The position numbers and the translations under genes are program-made. The notes beneath the pieces were generated by a model. The model ran no database searches, was not told where the DNA came from, and was given only the letters and a program-made list of their open reading frames with translations. Of a DNA stretch of 64,000 nt, positions 40,272 through 54,258 are shown one piece after another (positions within the stretch are counted from its first letter, which is position 1; every line of letters begins with the position of its first letter). Source of the DNA: Chiloscyllium plagiosum (taxonomy: Eukaryota); assembly GCF_004010195.1 (NCBI RefSeq), contig NC_057718.1, positions 69,711,213 through 69,775,212 of the forward strand, given 5' to 3'.

Positions 40272-43200
40272 GTTATTGAGTTGTACAGCACGGATGCAGA
40301 CCCATCGGTCCAACTCATCCATGCTGACCAGATATCCTAAATATATCCAGTCCCACTTAACAGCATTTGGCCAATATGCCTCTAAACCCTTCCTATTCAT
40401 ATACTCATCCAGATGTATTTTAAATTTTGTAATCGTACCAGACTCCTCCACTTCCTCTGCAGCTCATTCCATACACGCACCACCCTCTGTGTGAACAAGT
40501 TGCCCTTAGGTCCCTTTTAAATTGTTCTCCTCTCACCTTAAATCTATGGCCTGTAGTTTTGGAGTTCCCCACCCAAGGGAAAAAAAAACTTTGTCTATTC
40601 ACCCTATCCATGCCCCTCATGATTTTACAAACCTCTATAAGGTCAACCCTCAGCCTTTGACACTACAGGAAAAATAGCCCCAGCCTGTGCGGTCTCTCTC
40701 TATATCTCAAGCCCTCCAATCCTGGCAACACCCTTATAAATCTTTTCTGAACACTTCCTACAGTAGGGAAACCAGAATTGCATGCAATATTCCAAAAGAG
40801 ATCTAGCCAAAGTGCTGTACAGCCACAACATGACCTCCCAACTCTTATACTCAATGCACTGACCAATCGTGGGAGAATTTGACCAAAACTGACACAAAAC
40901 TGTGTAGAAGCCATTATGCTTTGTGATAAAACGGTTTCTATACAGTTTTGTGTCAATTTTGGTCAAATTCTCCTAGACCAATAAAGGCAAACATACCAAA
41001 CACCTGCTTCACTATCCTGTCTACCTGGCATTCTACTATCGAGGAACTATGCACTCCAAGTTCTCTTTGTTTATCAATACACCGCAGAGCCTTACCAATA
41101 AATATATAAGACCTGCCCTGTTTTGCCTTTACAAAATGCAGCACCTCACATTTATCTAAATTAAACTGCATCTGCCACTCCTCAGCCCATTGGCCCATCT
41201 GATCAAGATCGCATTGTACTCTGAGGTAACCTTCTTTGTTGTCCACTAAACCACCAATTATTTATATAAATGACGAAAAGCTGTGGACCCAGCAGCAATT
41301 CTTGTGGCACACCACTGTTCACAGGCATCCAGTCTGAAATGCAACCCTGCACCACCCCCCTTTGTCTTCTACCTTTGAGTCAGTTCTTGTTCTCCCTGTA
41401 TTTCATGAGACCGAACCTCACTAACCAGTCGACCATGAGGAACCTTGTCAAATGCCTTACTGAAGTCCATATTGATAATGTCTACCACTCTGCCCCCATC
41501 ATTACTTCTTCATTACTTCTTCAAAAATTTCAATCAAGGCAGTGAGACATGATTTCCCATGCACAAAGCCATGTTGACAATCCCTAAACAAATACGTCTA
41601 AATACATATAAATCCTTCCCTCAGGATTCCATCCAAAAATTAGCCCACCACTGATGTCAAGCTCACCGGTCTATAGTTCCCTGGCTTTTCCTTACCACCT
41701 TTCTTAAATAGTGGAACCATGTTAGCCAACCTCCAGTCTTCCGGCACCTCACCTGTGGCAATCAATGATACAAATATCTTAGCAAGGGGCCCAACAATCA
41801 CTTCCCTAGCTTCCCACAGAGTTCTAGGGTACATCTGATCAGGTCTGATCTGATTTATCCACCATTGTGCATTTTAAGATATCCAGCACCTCCTCCTCTG
41901 TAATATGGATAATTTTCAAAATATTACCATCTATTTCCCCATGTTCTCTGTCTTCCATGTCATTCTCCACAATAAACACTGATGCAAAATACTTCTTTAG
42001 TATCTCAACCTTTTCCAGTGGTTCCACAGGTAGATGGCCTTGCTGATCTTTAAGGAGCCTATTTTCTCCCTAGTTACTCATTTGTCTTTAATATATATGT
42101 AGATTCCCTTTGGAATCTTCTTAAGCCTATTTGTCAAAGCTATCTCATGTCCACTTTTTGCCATCCTGATTTCCCTGTTAAGTATACTCCTACTGTCTTT
42201 ATAGTCTTCGAGGGATTCACTCGATCTCTGCTGTCTGTACCTGACATATGCTCCTTTCTTATTCTTGACCAAAACCTCAATTTCTCCAGTCATGCAGCAT
42301 TCCCTACTCCTACCAACCTTGTCCTTCACCCTAACAGGAGTATATTGTCCCTGGACTCCCGTTATCTCATTTTTGAAGGCTTCCCACTTTCCAGTCGTTC
42401 CTTTACCTGCAAATATCTACCCCAAAGCTTGTGAAAGTTCTTGCCTAATATCAGCAAAATTGGACATCCTCTAATTTAGAACTTTAACTTTTAGATCCGG
42501 TCTATCATTTTTGATCACAATTTTAAAACTAATAGAATTACGGTCACTGGCCTCATAGTGCTCCCCAGTTGACACCTCAGTCACCTGCCCTGCCTTATTT
42601 CCAAAGAGTAGGGCAAGTTTTGTATTCCTCTATTAGGTACATCCACACACCAAATCAGAAAATTTTCTTGTACACACTTAACAAATTCCTCTCCATCCAA
42701 GCCTTTAACATTATCGCAGTCCCAATCTATGTTTTGAAAGTTAAAATCCCCTACCATAAACATCTTATTATTCTTACAGATATCCTGACAAATTTGTTTT
42801 TCATTTTCCCTCTGACTGCTGGGGAGGTCGATAGTGCAATTTAAATACAGTGACCTTCACTTTCTTATATCTCAGTTCCACTCAAATAACTTCACTGGAT
42901 GTATTCCCTGGAATATCCTCCCTACATTCATCTGTAATGTTATACCTATCAAAAATACCAACTCTCAACCCTTCCCCTCCCCCCACCCTCCACCCCTTAC
43001 TAGTTTTACATCCTCCTGAGCAGCTCTAGCAAATCTCACCTCCAGTATACTAGCCCCTTTCCAATTCAGGTGCAATCCGTCCTTCTTATACAGGTCACTT
43101 CTTCCCCAGAAGAGATTCCAATGAACCAAATGTATGAATCCTTCTGCCCTGCACCAGCTCCTCAGCCATTCATCTGCTCTATACTCCTATCCCTACCCTG

Positions 43201-43690
43201 ACTTGCTCATGGTACTGAGAGTGATCCAAATATTATTCCCCTAGAGGACGTATGTTTAATTTCTGCCTGACTTCCTATATTCTCTCCTCAGAATCTTGTC
43301 CTTTTCTCTTGCTAGGTCTTTAGTTTTAGACCTCCTGCTGTCCCTCTCCCCTTTTAGAATATTCTGTAACCTCTCCAAGACATCCTTGATCCTGCCATGA
43401 GAGAGGCAACACACCATTCTGATTTCTCATTGTCGGCTACAGAAACATATGTTTGAGCCTCTGCCTAGAGAGTCCCCTATCACAATTGATTGCTTGGAAC
43501 CTGACACACTCCTTATTATGTTAGAACCAGTCTTGGTAGCAGAAACGTGGCTGCCAGTGCTACATTCCCCCTGAGAGTCCATCACCCCCTATTTTTTGAT
43601 GTGGGGATGCCCCCAGGAGATTCATGCACTACCTGCCTTCCTCTCCTACCTTTCCTGGAGGTAACCCACCTACCTCTCTATTCAGTATCT
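40272..43690 (-). mobile_element. Long CR1 LINE (ORF1 esterase-like part + ORF2), decayed
   Basis: IVIGDSL (SGNH-type ORF1), VGDFNFQNIDWD, NYRPVSLTSVVG, WAEEWQMQFN. Confidence 0.9.
40868..40975. mobile_element. Small foldback/MITE-like insertion
   Basis: ~41-bp inverted arms GGAGAATTTGACCAAAA...TTTTGGTCAAATTCTCC flanked by a GACCAAT direct repeat. Confidence 0.75.
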
Positions 43691-43734
43691 ATTGTCCCTT
43701 CAATGTTTCAAATCTGTTGGATCTTTCAATTATT

Positions 43735-45640
43735 GTAGTAACTGTTCCCTTGTTCAAGAAGGGAAGTAGAGACAACTTCAGTTGTGGGTAAAGTTTTAGG
43801 AAGTGTTATAACAGATAGGATTTGTCATTACCTAGAGATGAATAAGTTGATTAGGGATAGTCAATACGGTTTTGTGAAGGGTAGGTCGTGCTTCACAAAT
43901 CTTATTGAGTTCTTTGAGATGGTGACCAAACAGGTGGATGAGAGTAAAACGGTTGATGTGGTGTATATGGATCTCAATAAGGCGTTTGATAAGATTCCCC
44001 ACTGTAGGCTTTTGCACAAAATATGGAGGTAGGGAATTGAGGGTAATTCAGTCATTTAGATCATAAATTGGCTTGGTGAAAGAACACAGAGGGTGGTGGT
44101 TGATGGGAAATATTCATCCTAGAGTTCAGTTATTTGTGGGGTACTGCAAGGATCTGTTTTGGGTCCACTGTTTTTTGTCATTTGTATAAATGACCTGGAT
44201 TAAGGCCTAGAAGGATTGGTTAGTAAATTTGCACATGACACTAAGGTCGGTAGAGTTGTGGATAGTGACGAAGGATGTTGTAGTTTATAGAGGGACATAG
44301 ATAAGCTGCAAAGCTGGGCTGAGAGGTGGCAAATGGAGTTTAATGCAGAAAAGATTCACTTTGGAAGGAGTAACAGGAATGCAGAGTACTGGGCTAATGG
44401 TAAGATTCTTAGTATTGTAGATGAGCAGAGAGATCTCAGTGTCCAGGAACATAGATCCTTGAAAGTTGTCACTTAGATTTATAGGGTGTTAAGAAGGCAT
44501 ACAATGTGTTAAATTCTATTGAAAGAGGGATTGAGTTTCGGAACCATGAGATCATGCTTAGCTGTACAAAACTCTGATGTGGCCACATTTGGAATATTGC
44601 GTACAGTTCTGGTCACCGCATTAGAATGTGGATGTGGAAGCTTTGGAAAAGGTTCAGAGGAGATTAACAAGGATGTTGCCTGGTATGGAGGGACAGTCTT
44701 ACAAGGAAAGGATGAGGGACTTGAGGCTGTTTTCGTTAGAGAGAAGAAGGTTGAGAAGTGACTTAATTGAGACTTATAAGAAAATCAAAGGATTAGATAA
44801 GTTGGACATTGAGAGCCTTTTTCGCCAGATGGTGATAGCCAGCACAAAGAGATATAGCTTTAAATTGAGGGGTGATAGATATAGGAAAGATGTCAGAGGT
44901 AGTTTCTTTACTTCTAAAATAATAGGGGCATGGAACGCACTGTCTCTGGGACACCCGCACCATTCAACCCCACCACCCCGTGGCCAAACACTTCAACTCC
45001 CCCTCTGCTGAGGACATGCAGGTCCTGGGCCTCCTCCATTGCCACTTCCTTACCACACAATGCCTGGAGGAAGAACGCCTCATCTTCCGCCTCGGGACCC
45101 TTCAACCCAATGGCATCAATGTGGATATCACCAGTTTCCTCATCTCCCCACCCTCCACCTTACCCCAATTTCAACCTTCCAGCTCAGCACCGTCCTCATG
45201 GCCTATCCCACCTGTCCAACTTCTTTCCTACCTATCTGCTCCACCCTCCCCTCCGACCTATCACCTTTACCTCCACCTCCATCCACCTATTATACTCTCA
45301 CCTACCTTCCCCCCCAGCCCCCCCCCTCCCATTTATCTCCCCACCCCGAGGGTCCCAGCCTCATTCCTGATGAAGGGTTTTTGCCCAAAATGTTGATTTT
45401 CCTGCTCCTCGGATGCTGCCTGATCTGCTGTGCTTTTCCAGCACCATGCTCTTTACTCTAATCTGCAGTACTCACTTTTGCCTCACCAACTTTAAGGGCA
45501 TTTAGATGGTCATTGGATAGGCATATGGACAAGAATGGAATAATGTAGAGTAGATGGACTTCAAATTGGTTCCACAGGTTGGCACAACATCGAGGGCTGA
45601 AGGGCCTGTACTGCGCTGTAATGTTCTATGTTCTCTGTTC
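43735..45640 (+). mobile_element. CR1 LINE RT/3' portion
   Basis: QYGFVKGRSCFTNLIEFF, YMDLNKAFDKIPH; tail at ~45630. Confidence 0.9.
44943..45485 (+). mobile_element. Penelope-like 3' end nested in CR1
   Basis: AKHFNSPS..EEERLIFRLGTLQPNGINVD; CTGATGAAGGG motif at ~45368. Confidence 0.85.
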
Positions 45641-45934
45641 AACCTGACAGAATGGTAACTTGTCCCCATATGACCCTCTTAGAATGGATGATGAAGCAAA
45701 GACATACTTCTTGCTACTTTTGACATTCATTCTAATCACCTCTGAACTGTCCAAAGACCAACACACCCAGACCCAGCTCTCATCATTCCACATTCTTTGT
45801 AGTTACATCAGATCTTGAAACACCTGATTCTATCCAATATCTCATAACAAGATCAATAGGGCAGCAAGGTTTTCTCTGGGCATGCACTATATGCACTGGA
45901 TCATACAATCCCCAGTGTCTTACATTGGAAGAGT

Positions 45935-46258
45935 AGATTAGATTAGATTGGGAAGATTACTTACAGTGTGGAAACAGGCCCTTCAGCCCAACAAGTCCAC
46001 ACCGACCCGCCGAAGCGCAACCCACCCATACCCCTACATTTGCCCCTTATCTACCACTACAGCAATTTAGCATGGCCAATTCACCTGACCTGCACATCTT
46101 TGGACTGTGGGAGGAAACCGGAGCACCCGGAGGAAACCCACACAGACACGAGGAGAATGTGCAAACTCCACACAGTCAGTCGCCTGAGTCGGGAATTGAA
46201 CCCGGGTCTCTGGCGCTGTGACGCAGCAGTGCTAACCACTGGGCCACCGTGCCGCCCA
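45935..46258 (-). mobile_element. HE1-type SINE
   Basis: Full-length copy with AGTAGAT flanking repeat. Confidence 0.9.
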
Positions 46259-46536
46259 CAGTAGATACTTTGGTTTGGATTTTGTAAGCATGTGCTAGAC
46301 AATCTAATGTTCACATTTTTTGATTTTGTTATTGTAAAATTCTTTAAACTATGAACCTAGTGGCTTGAATCTTTTAGTAATCTTTTGGATTCGAAACAGA
46401 AATCCTGATCTCTACAAAAAGAACAAGAGTTTGATGCCTGACTAAGTTTCTAGTATGACAAGAAAATGATTATAGAGAGTGTAAGCATCATACAGAAAAT
46501 TTTATGGAAATTAAAACATGCTGCACTTTATGAATT

Positions 46537-47130
46537 AGAATCCCAACAGTGTGGAAACAGGCCCTTCAGCCCAACACTCTGATTAACCCACTCCTGACTA
46601 ATGCACCTAATTTAGGCATCCCTGAATGCTATGGGCAATTTAGCATGGCCAATTCACCTTTCCCTTCTTTGGATTGTGGGAGGAAACCAGAGCATCTGGA
46701 GGACAGGGGGAGGATAGTTACCCAAGGCTGGAATTGAACCCTGGTTCCTGGCACTGTGAGGCACTGAGCCATTGTGGTGCCCCGTACCTTTGCTACATAC
46801 TAAGAATAATTGCATAAAATGCAGTTAGAAATTTGGATACTTGTCTTGTTCCTTGTCTGTGAAATCATTTGGCCCATTGAGTCTGCACCAACTGTCCAAA
46901 GACCAACACACCCAGACCCAGCTCTCATCATTCCACATTCATCATGACTAATCCACCTTGCCTACACATCTCAGCACACTATAGCATGGCCAATCCACCC
47001 AATCTACAGAGCTTAGGCTGAAACCAGGACATTTGGCAGAAACCCATACAGACACAGGGAAAAATGCAAATTCCACACAGATGAAGCTGGAATAAAACCT
47101 GGGTCCCTGGCACTGTGAGGGAACATTGCT
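46537..47130 (-). mobile_element. Two older degenerate SINE copies
   Basis: GCATGGCCAAT(T/C)CACC and GGCACTGTGAGG motifs each occur twice. Confidence 0.7.
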
Positions 47131-47247
47131 TTGCTTCTTTGTTGCTCCCTATTCTCTACTTTCTGCAAGGGTCTCTTGTGGTCTGTTGGATATGTACAGT
47201 TCCATGCTTAGAATAAAGAATACTTCTCATTAGGGCCTTTCTCATTT

Positions 47248-47583
47248 GATTAGATTAGATTAGATTAGATTAGATTAGATTAGATTACAGTGTAGAAACA
47301 GGCCCTTCGGCCCAACAAGTCCACACCGACCCGCCGAAGCGAAACCCACCCATACCCCTACATTTACCCTTTACCTAACACTACGGGCAATTTAGTATGG
47401 CCAATTCACCTGACCCTGCACATCTTTGTGATGTGGGAGGAAACCGGAGCACCCAGAGGAAACCCACGCAGACACGGGGAGAACGTGCAAACTCCACACA
47501 GTCAGTCGCCTGAGGCAGGAATTGAACCCGGGTCTCTGGCGCTGTGAGGCAGCAGTGCTAACCACTGTGCCACCGTGCCACCC
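47248..47583 (-). mobile_element. HE1-type SINE with (TTAGA)n tail
   Basis: Pentamer repeat at 47248-47287 plus SINE body. Confidence 0.92.
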
Positions 47584-47805
47584 ACTAATTTGGATTGACT
47601 TCACTTGCACCTTGTGGAAATAAGAAACTTCCCTGAGTTACATCTTCACTGTAGTTTTGGCTAGATGATAAGATTCTAAACACTGTTAGGATGCTATTCT
47701 GGATTTTATGGGAACATTATTATTTGGAGTGTGATGAAGTCAAGGGACAAATTTGCTGTAAATTAGATTATGTGATGCAAAGTGAGTATGGGATGCACTT
47801 ACCCA

Positions 47806-49290
47806 TAAGAACATAAGACATAGGAGCAGAAATTAAGCCATTCAGCTCATCGAGTCTGCTCTGCCATTCAATCATAGCTAATAAGTTTCTCAACCCCATT
47901 CTCCCACTTTCTCCACGCAACCCTTGATCCCCTTGACAATTAAGAACCTATCTAACTTGGTCTTAAATATACTCAATGACCTGGCTTCCACAGCCTTCTG
48001 TGGCAATGAATTCCATAGATTCACCACTCTCTGGCTGAAGAAGTTTCTCCTTATCTCCATTCTAAAAGGTCTTTGCCTTTACTCTAAGGCCTTGGGTCCT
48101 AGTCTCTCCTACCTTTCCAACATCTACTCTGTCTAAACTATTCAGTATTCTGTATGTTTCAATTAGATCCCCCCTCATCCTTCTAAACTCCATCAAGTAA
48201 AGACTCAAAGTCCTCATATGCTCTTCACATGTTCACCTTTTCATTCCTGGGACCATTCTCGTGAATCTCTTTTGAACACACTTCAGGGCCATACATCCTT
48301 CCTGAGATATGGAGCCCAAAACTGCACACAATATTCCAAATGTAGCCTGACCGGAGCCTTATAGAGCCTCAGAAATACATCCCTGCTTTTATATTCAAGT
48401 CCCCTTGAAATAAATGTCATCATTACATTTGCCTTCCTAACTACTGACTCAACCTGCAAGTTTACCTTGAGGGAATCCGAGACTAGGACTCCCAAGTCTC
48501 TTTGCAGTTCGTACTTAGAATTTTTCTCCCCATTTAGAAAACAATCCATGCCTCTGTTCTTCATACCAACCTGCATGACCTCCCACTTTCCCATGTTTGA
48601 ACTCCCTCTGCCACATCTTTTCCCACTCTCCTATCTGTCCAAATCCGTCCGCAGCCTCCCCAACTCCTCATTGTCCTTTTATCTATCTTTGTATCATCTA
48701 CAAACTTAGCCAGAATGCCTTAGTTCTTTTCATCGAGATCATTAATGTATAAAGTGAAAAATTGTAGTGCCAACACTGAGCCTTGTGAAACACCACTTGC
48801 CACCAGCTGCCACTGTGAGAAGGATCTTTTTATCCTCACTCTGCTTTGTGCCACACAAGCCAAACTTCTAACCATGCTAGCACCTTGTCCCTAACACCAT
48901 AGGCCCTTATGTTATTCAGTAGCCGCCTATACGGTACCTTGTCAAAAGCCTTCTTGAAGTCCAGGTATATAAAATCCATTGGCTCTCTTTGGTCTAACTT
49001 GCTCATTACTTCCTCAAAGAATTTGAGCAGATTTGTCAGGCATGACCTCCCCTTGATGAAGAAGGGCCTGTGCCCGAAACGTCGAATCTCCTGTTCCCTG
49101 GATGCTGCCTGACCTGCTGTGCTGTTCCAGCAATAAAGTTTCAACTTTGATCTCCAGCATCTGCAGACCTCACTTTCTCCTCCCCTTGATGAAACTATGC
49201 TGACTTTGCCATATTTTACCATACAATTCCAAATATTCAGAAATCTCACCCTTCACAATGGATTCCAGGATCTTACCCTGGAATCCTGGT
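47806..49290 (-). mobile_element. CR1 LINE fragment with a Penelope end inserted at 49061-49178
   Basis: YLDFKKAFDKVPY, RLHLEYCVQFWAP; insert flanked by the 15-bp TSD CCTCCCCTTGATGAA. Confidence 0.88.
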
Positions 49291-49715
49291 AAACAGTTTT
49301 CCAATAGACACCTTATTATTAATGAGAGTTAGGAACAGAAGTAGACTATTCAGCCCATTGAATCGACTGCCATTCAATGAGATTATGGCTGGTCCAAGAC
49401 TGTTCAACTCCAATTTCCTGTCTTTTCCCTGTAATCCTTGATTCCCTTACTAATTAAAATCTTTTTGTCTCAGCATTAAACATTCTCAACAGCCCAAGCT
49501 ATACAGCCTTTTGCAGAAAAGAATTTCCTCTAATCTGTCATATTGTGAGGAACTCCTTACACTTGGATTATGCCATGTGGTCCCAGACTCTCCCATAAAG
49601 TGAAATAACCTTTCCACATTTACACTATCAGGTCCACTGGGACTCTTGTATGTTTGAATAAGGTCACCTTTCATTTTTCTAAGTTCCAATGAACACAGGA
49701 CCAATCTACTCAACC

Positions 49716-50273
49716 TTTTGCAGTTGTATAAGACTCTGATGCGGCCGCATCTGGAGTATTGTGTGCAGTTTTGGTCGCCATACTATAGGAAGGATGTGGA
49801 GGCACTGGAACGGGTGCAGAGGAGGTTTACCAGGATGTTGCCTGGTATGGTAGGAAGATCGTATGAGGAAAGGCTGAGGCACTTGGGGCTGTTTTCAATA
49901 GAGAAAAGAAGGTTTAGGGGTGACTTGATAGAGGTGTACAAGATGATTAGGGGTTTAAATAGGGTTGACCATGAGAATCTTTTTCCATGTATGGAGTCAG
50001 CTATTATGAGGGGGCATAGCTTTAAATTAAGGGGTGGTAGGTATAGGACAGATGTTAGGGGTAGATTCTTTACTCAGCGAGTCGTGAGTTCATGGAATGC
50101 CTTGCCAGTAGCAGTGGTAGACTCTCCCTCTTTATGGGCATTTAAACGGGCATTAGATAGGCATATGGAGGATAGTGGGCTAGTGTAGGTTAGGTGGGCT
50201 TGGATCGGCGCAACATCGAGGGCCAAAGGGCCTGTACTGCGCTGTATGTTTCTATGTTCTGTGTTCTATGTTC
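49716..50273 (+). mobile_element. Young 5'-truncated CR1 inside an older minus-strand CR1 (49325-50390)
   Basis: Uninterrupted 156-aa ORF2 C-terminus; near identical to 5779-6010. Confidence 0.92.
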
Positions 50274-51329
50274 TTTCCTCATGAAATAATCCTTTCATAC
50301 CCAGGATCATCCCAGTGAACCTTCTCTGGTTCACTGTCAATGCTAGTACATGCCAGTATTCCTTAGATAATGGGACAAATAATACTTGCTACAGTCCCAT
50401 AGAAGCATAGGTCTGTTCTCTTGTTAGAGACAGAAAACTGGTGGTGGTTGACTGTTGATAAAAGAAAAGGAGGAAATACCCTTTAATTCTAATTAAGGGA
50501 CAATGAGCTACTGAACAAATACAAGTCAAACACTTTCTGAGTGAGAACAAAATAGTCTAAGATCATTTGACTGATTCCTTTATTATTGACAACTATTAAC
50601 ATATCTATAACATAAACATTGTTTGCATAACAACATTGAACAAAAGGGTAGAATGCTTGAATGACATGAGTAACAGTGAGGTTTATGGTATAATTGCTCG
50701 AGATGTCCAGTGAGATGCATCTTAACATCAGAAGTAATTCACTGCATCTTTTCTGCATCTTCTGGGTGTTGAGCCAAGTTTCTAGCTTAACAGTGACAAG
50801 ATGCCTTTTAATAATGATTATTGCTGTTAACTACCTTATGAATAGCACATTTTGCCTCATAAATATGCAGCTTCCCATTTTAGAAAATGTACTAAAAAAC
50901 CTGATATCAAGAATTCTCAACATAGTAGTTAGAGTAGGTACTTGGCAACTTCAGCTCACCATTTGCTCTAAAGAACCACTAGGATAGACATAGGGCACCA
51001 ACATCTCAGGGAAATCTGTGTGTGCACTGGATGTGAAGGGAAATAGTCAGGGGGGCAAATAATCAAATGTTGAGTGGCCCACTACTCTTCATGATTCTTT
51101 TTGTCCTATTTTGGTCTGTCTCCTGGAATGAGAGATGGATAAGTACTAAGGGATGAAAGAGGATGGCACGGCTATTCATTTTGGTGCAGGTAGGGATGTG
51201 TTCCCAGAAAGTGCATGGAGTGGGTGAGCACAATTTGAGGGAAGATGATACAGGCACTAGTGAAAGTTGGTGTAAGGTAGACATAGTAGCACAGATAGAG
51301 TGAGTATGAAATTTCAGAGAAAGTGTGGT

Positions 51330-51570
51330 GGCACTTACATGGCAGAGTAGATGTAGTCATTGACTTTCTTCTTACATTGCTGTGCATTCCTCCAGACATC
51401 TGAGTCTGCACTGACCCAGGTGACAATCTCAGACCAAGCTGGTACTGACTGTTGTGGCCTCCTGAAATGTTTCTGGAAGAAGAGGACATCCCACATCTGT
51501 ACCATCTCATCCAGAAGCCCTTCAGGTCTCTGCCCATATCATGAGGCATCATATTTCCCTTGTATGCCAT
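51330..51570 (-). mobile_element. PIF/Harbinger Myb/SANT-like gene remnant
   Basis: After one frameshift: LLDEMVQMWDVLF..AWSEIVTWVSA..WRNAQQCKKKVND, followed by a GTAAGT donor. Confidence 0.65.
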
Positions 51571-54003
51571 TTATGGTGCAATTGTCAGGAACTATTGCAT
51601 GAGAGCTCTGGACAAGCAATGCATGGTCACAGCACAACTGACTTTTAAAGATGGTGCTGGTACCAGGGATGCCAATCAAGTTTAGGATCCCAGCAGTGGC
51701 AAATATGGAAAGGTGGAGATGGAATTGGATGAGAAGGGAAGGACAAGTAGTTAATAAGGTTAATTGGCAAGATACAGTGAGAACTCTGGCTAGGCCTTGA
51801 AGAAAAATCTATAAAATCCTGTGCAACTAATAGGCGAAAAAATACCATGTAGCCTCAAGTCTTCATTGAGTACACAATGTTTGAACAACAAAATGTAAAT
51901 TGGATCAAAGGGCATAACCTCATGGGTCTGATATTCCTCACAGGAATCTTTATTGAAGTTAAGATTTTAAATCTCTGTCATCTAGAGAAGTTGGCCACAC
52001 ATTGCTGCTTTATTCAAAACTTGCAGTTCCTCTCATTTTCCTCTCATTTCCTCTCATGCCTTGTCTTTAACAATGTCTAGACTTCATCATTTTTTCCTGA
52101 AACTTGAAATAGACATGATGCAGAACATTTATATTATTTATTAAATATTCCTCTGCTTTATTTGTAGCTTAATTTGATAATTTCCAATTATATCTTAGTG
52201 CTTAATCTTATTTCTGTAATTGTGACATAGTTGTTTATATCAAAGTTGTGACTGTTGTTTGTATGTTTTTTATGTTATAATGGTAAAATTTATGTACCAG
52301 AACAAATGTAAATAGCTTAATCTTAGTTTACTTCTTGATTATTTTATATTGAAGAACTAGTCCCATCTACTAAGTAGTCAATCTATTATTTATTATTATC
52401 TATTATTTAATTGAAGGTATGAACTAACGCAAAGTTACAACATTAAAAATGAAGAAAATTATCTGATATGTAGCAAAACTAATGAATATTATTCTGCTTC
52501 ATAGGTGTTGTTCTAGTTTTGAAACATTTTACTACCCTTCTTTATCTCTTATCTTTTACACATTTTGTTCATAAAGACATAAGCTTATTTCATCTTAAGT
52601 GATGACGTGATATTTGTGGGCATACTAGTAGAAACTTAAGACTCGGTGACAACAGAGGAATCTGGTAACGTAATGCCTTCTGGTTCCTCTTTTTGTAAGG
52701 TTAGTTTAGTAAAAATGTCTGTCAGGTTGGAAGGTTGCATTGTCAAGATAACATATTTAAAAATTAAATAATTTATTTGTGGTTGAAGAGAAAGGAATTT
52801 GTGATAAGGTAGATGTGCCTCTGTGTTGTCACTACAGTCTGTAATATCTCATTGGTTTTGTTAGGCCACGTGGGCATCCACGCATTTCCAGCCCTTGAGT
52901 CCTGTCTTGTGCATTATGGGTACCGGATTAAATGCTACCTTGTTAACAAACTGCAGTGACAAGAAACATTTCCCTTTAGATTCACTACTGGTTGAAAGTG
53001 GCATCCAGCAGGCAGAGGAATCGTCCTGGTAGATTTGAAATGAGTAGAACATACTTTTGTTTAATTAGAAGCTTTGTTGGACCACAGAAGCGACAATTTG
53101 CACTGAAACTGGGGCTGCCTGTGTAAGGATGTTCAGAACATAGCTGACGAAGACAAAGAGGGAGGATAGCAATGGGCCAATGAGAAATCATAGGTTATCA
53201 AGGGAGAAAGCTGCACTGTAGAGGCAACATCTGTGTCTACTGATGGGTCACGAAGCATGATTGTGGGAAATACGGTGTTATTGAGGAATGCCAAAACGTC
53301 ACTAATGAGGTTGTGAGAGTTGGAGATAAGAGAGAACAGGATCAGTGCAATAGTTTGCAGTATGATGACAATGGCTGATGGGACAATGGATTAATGGGGT
53401 GTGGAGCAGGTGGAGACTGCTTTGGACAGGGGGAAGAAACTCTTATTGTTGCAGGACAAATTGAAGGAGAACTTGGAGGAAGGCATTGCTAAAATATAGG
53501 TCCACTTGATGTTTGCTCTGAGACATAATTTTAGAATAAACAGGTTGGCAGCAGTTGAGGTTACTTAGGGTTGGGGTAGATAATCAGATAGTAGCAAAAA
53601 TGTATCAAAATATAGTATAAGAGAGCATTCAAGGGGCAACGTTAGGCTTACCAAAATGAGATGTCAACTTGGTGAAGCGACACCACAGGAAAATTTGCAT
53701 TCCCAAACAACGGAAGCAGCATGCATTGGCAGGGCAAAGCAATCCTACAAGTAACCGATTAGATCAAAGTTCTGCAGTCCTGCTACATACAGTCATAAAT
53801 CATGGTAGACAACTGAACAACTAACTGAAGGGGAAGGCTCCATAAATATCCCCATACTCAATGGTAGGGGAACCCAGCACATCAGAGCTGAAATGTTTAC
53901 AACAATCTTCAGTCAGAAGTTCCAAGTGGATGATCCATTTCAGCTTCCTATGTCCCAGGCACCAATTGGTGGAAGCATCAACTGTGAATGCAAGGATGCA
54001 ACA

Positions 54004-54258
54004 GCCTCTGGCAACTCTCTGTGTGAAGTTTGCACATTCTCCCCATGTCTGTGTGGGTTTCCTCCGGGTGCTCCAGTTTCTCCTACAATCCAAAAATGTG
54101 CAGGTTAGGTGAATTGGCCATGCTAAATCACCCATAGTGTTAGGTGAAGGGGTAAATGTAGGAGAATGGGTCTGGGTGGGTTGCGCTTCGGCAGGTCAGT
54201 GTGGACTTGTTGGGCCGAAGGACCTGTTTCCACACTGTAAGTAATCTAATCTAATCTA
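54004..54258 (+). mobile_element. HE1-type SINE, 5'-truncated
   Basis: SINE body with GTAATCTAATCTAATCT tail. Confidence 0.88.

Noticed and set aside
52861..53200. Exon-like unique segment
   Set aside because: No frame gives a recognisable protein; splice signals are weak.
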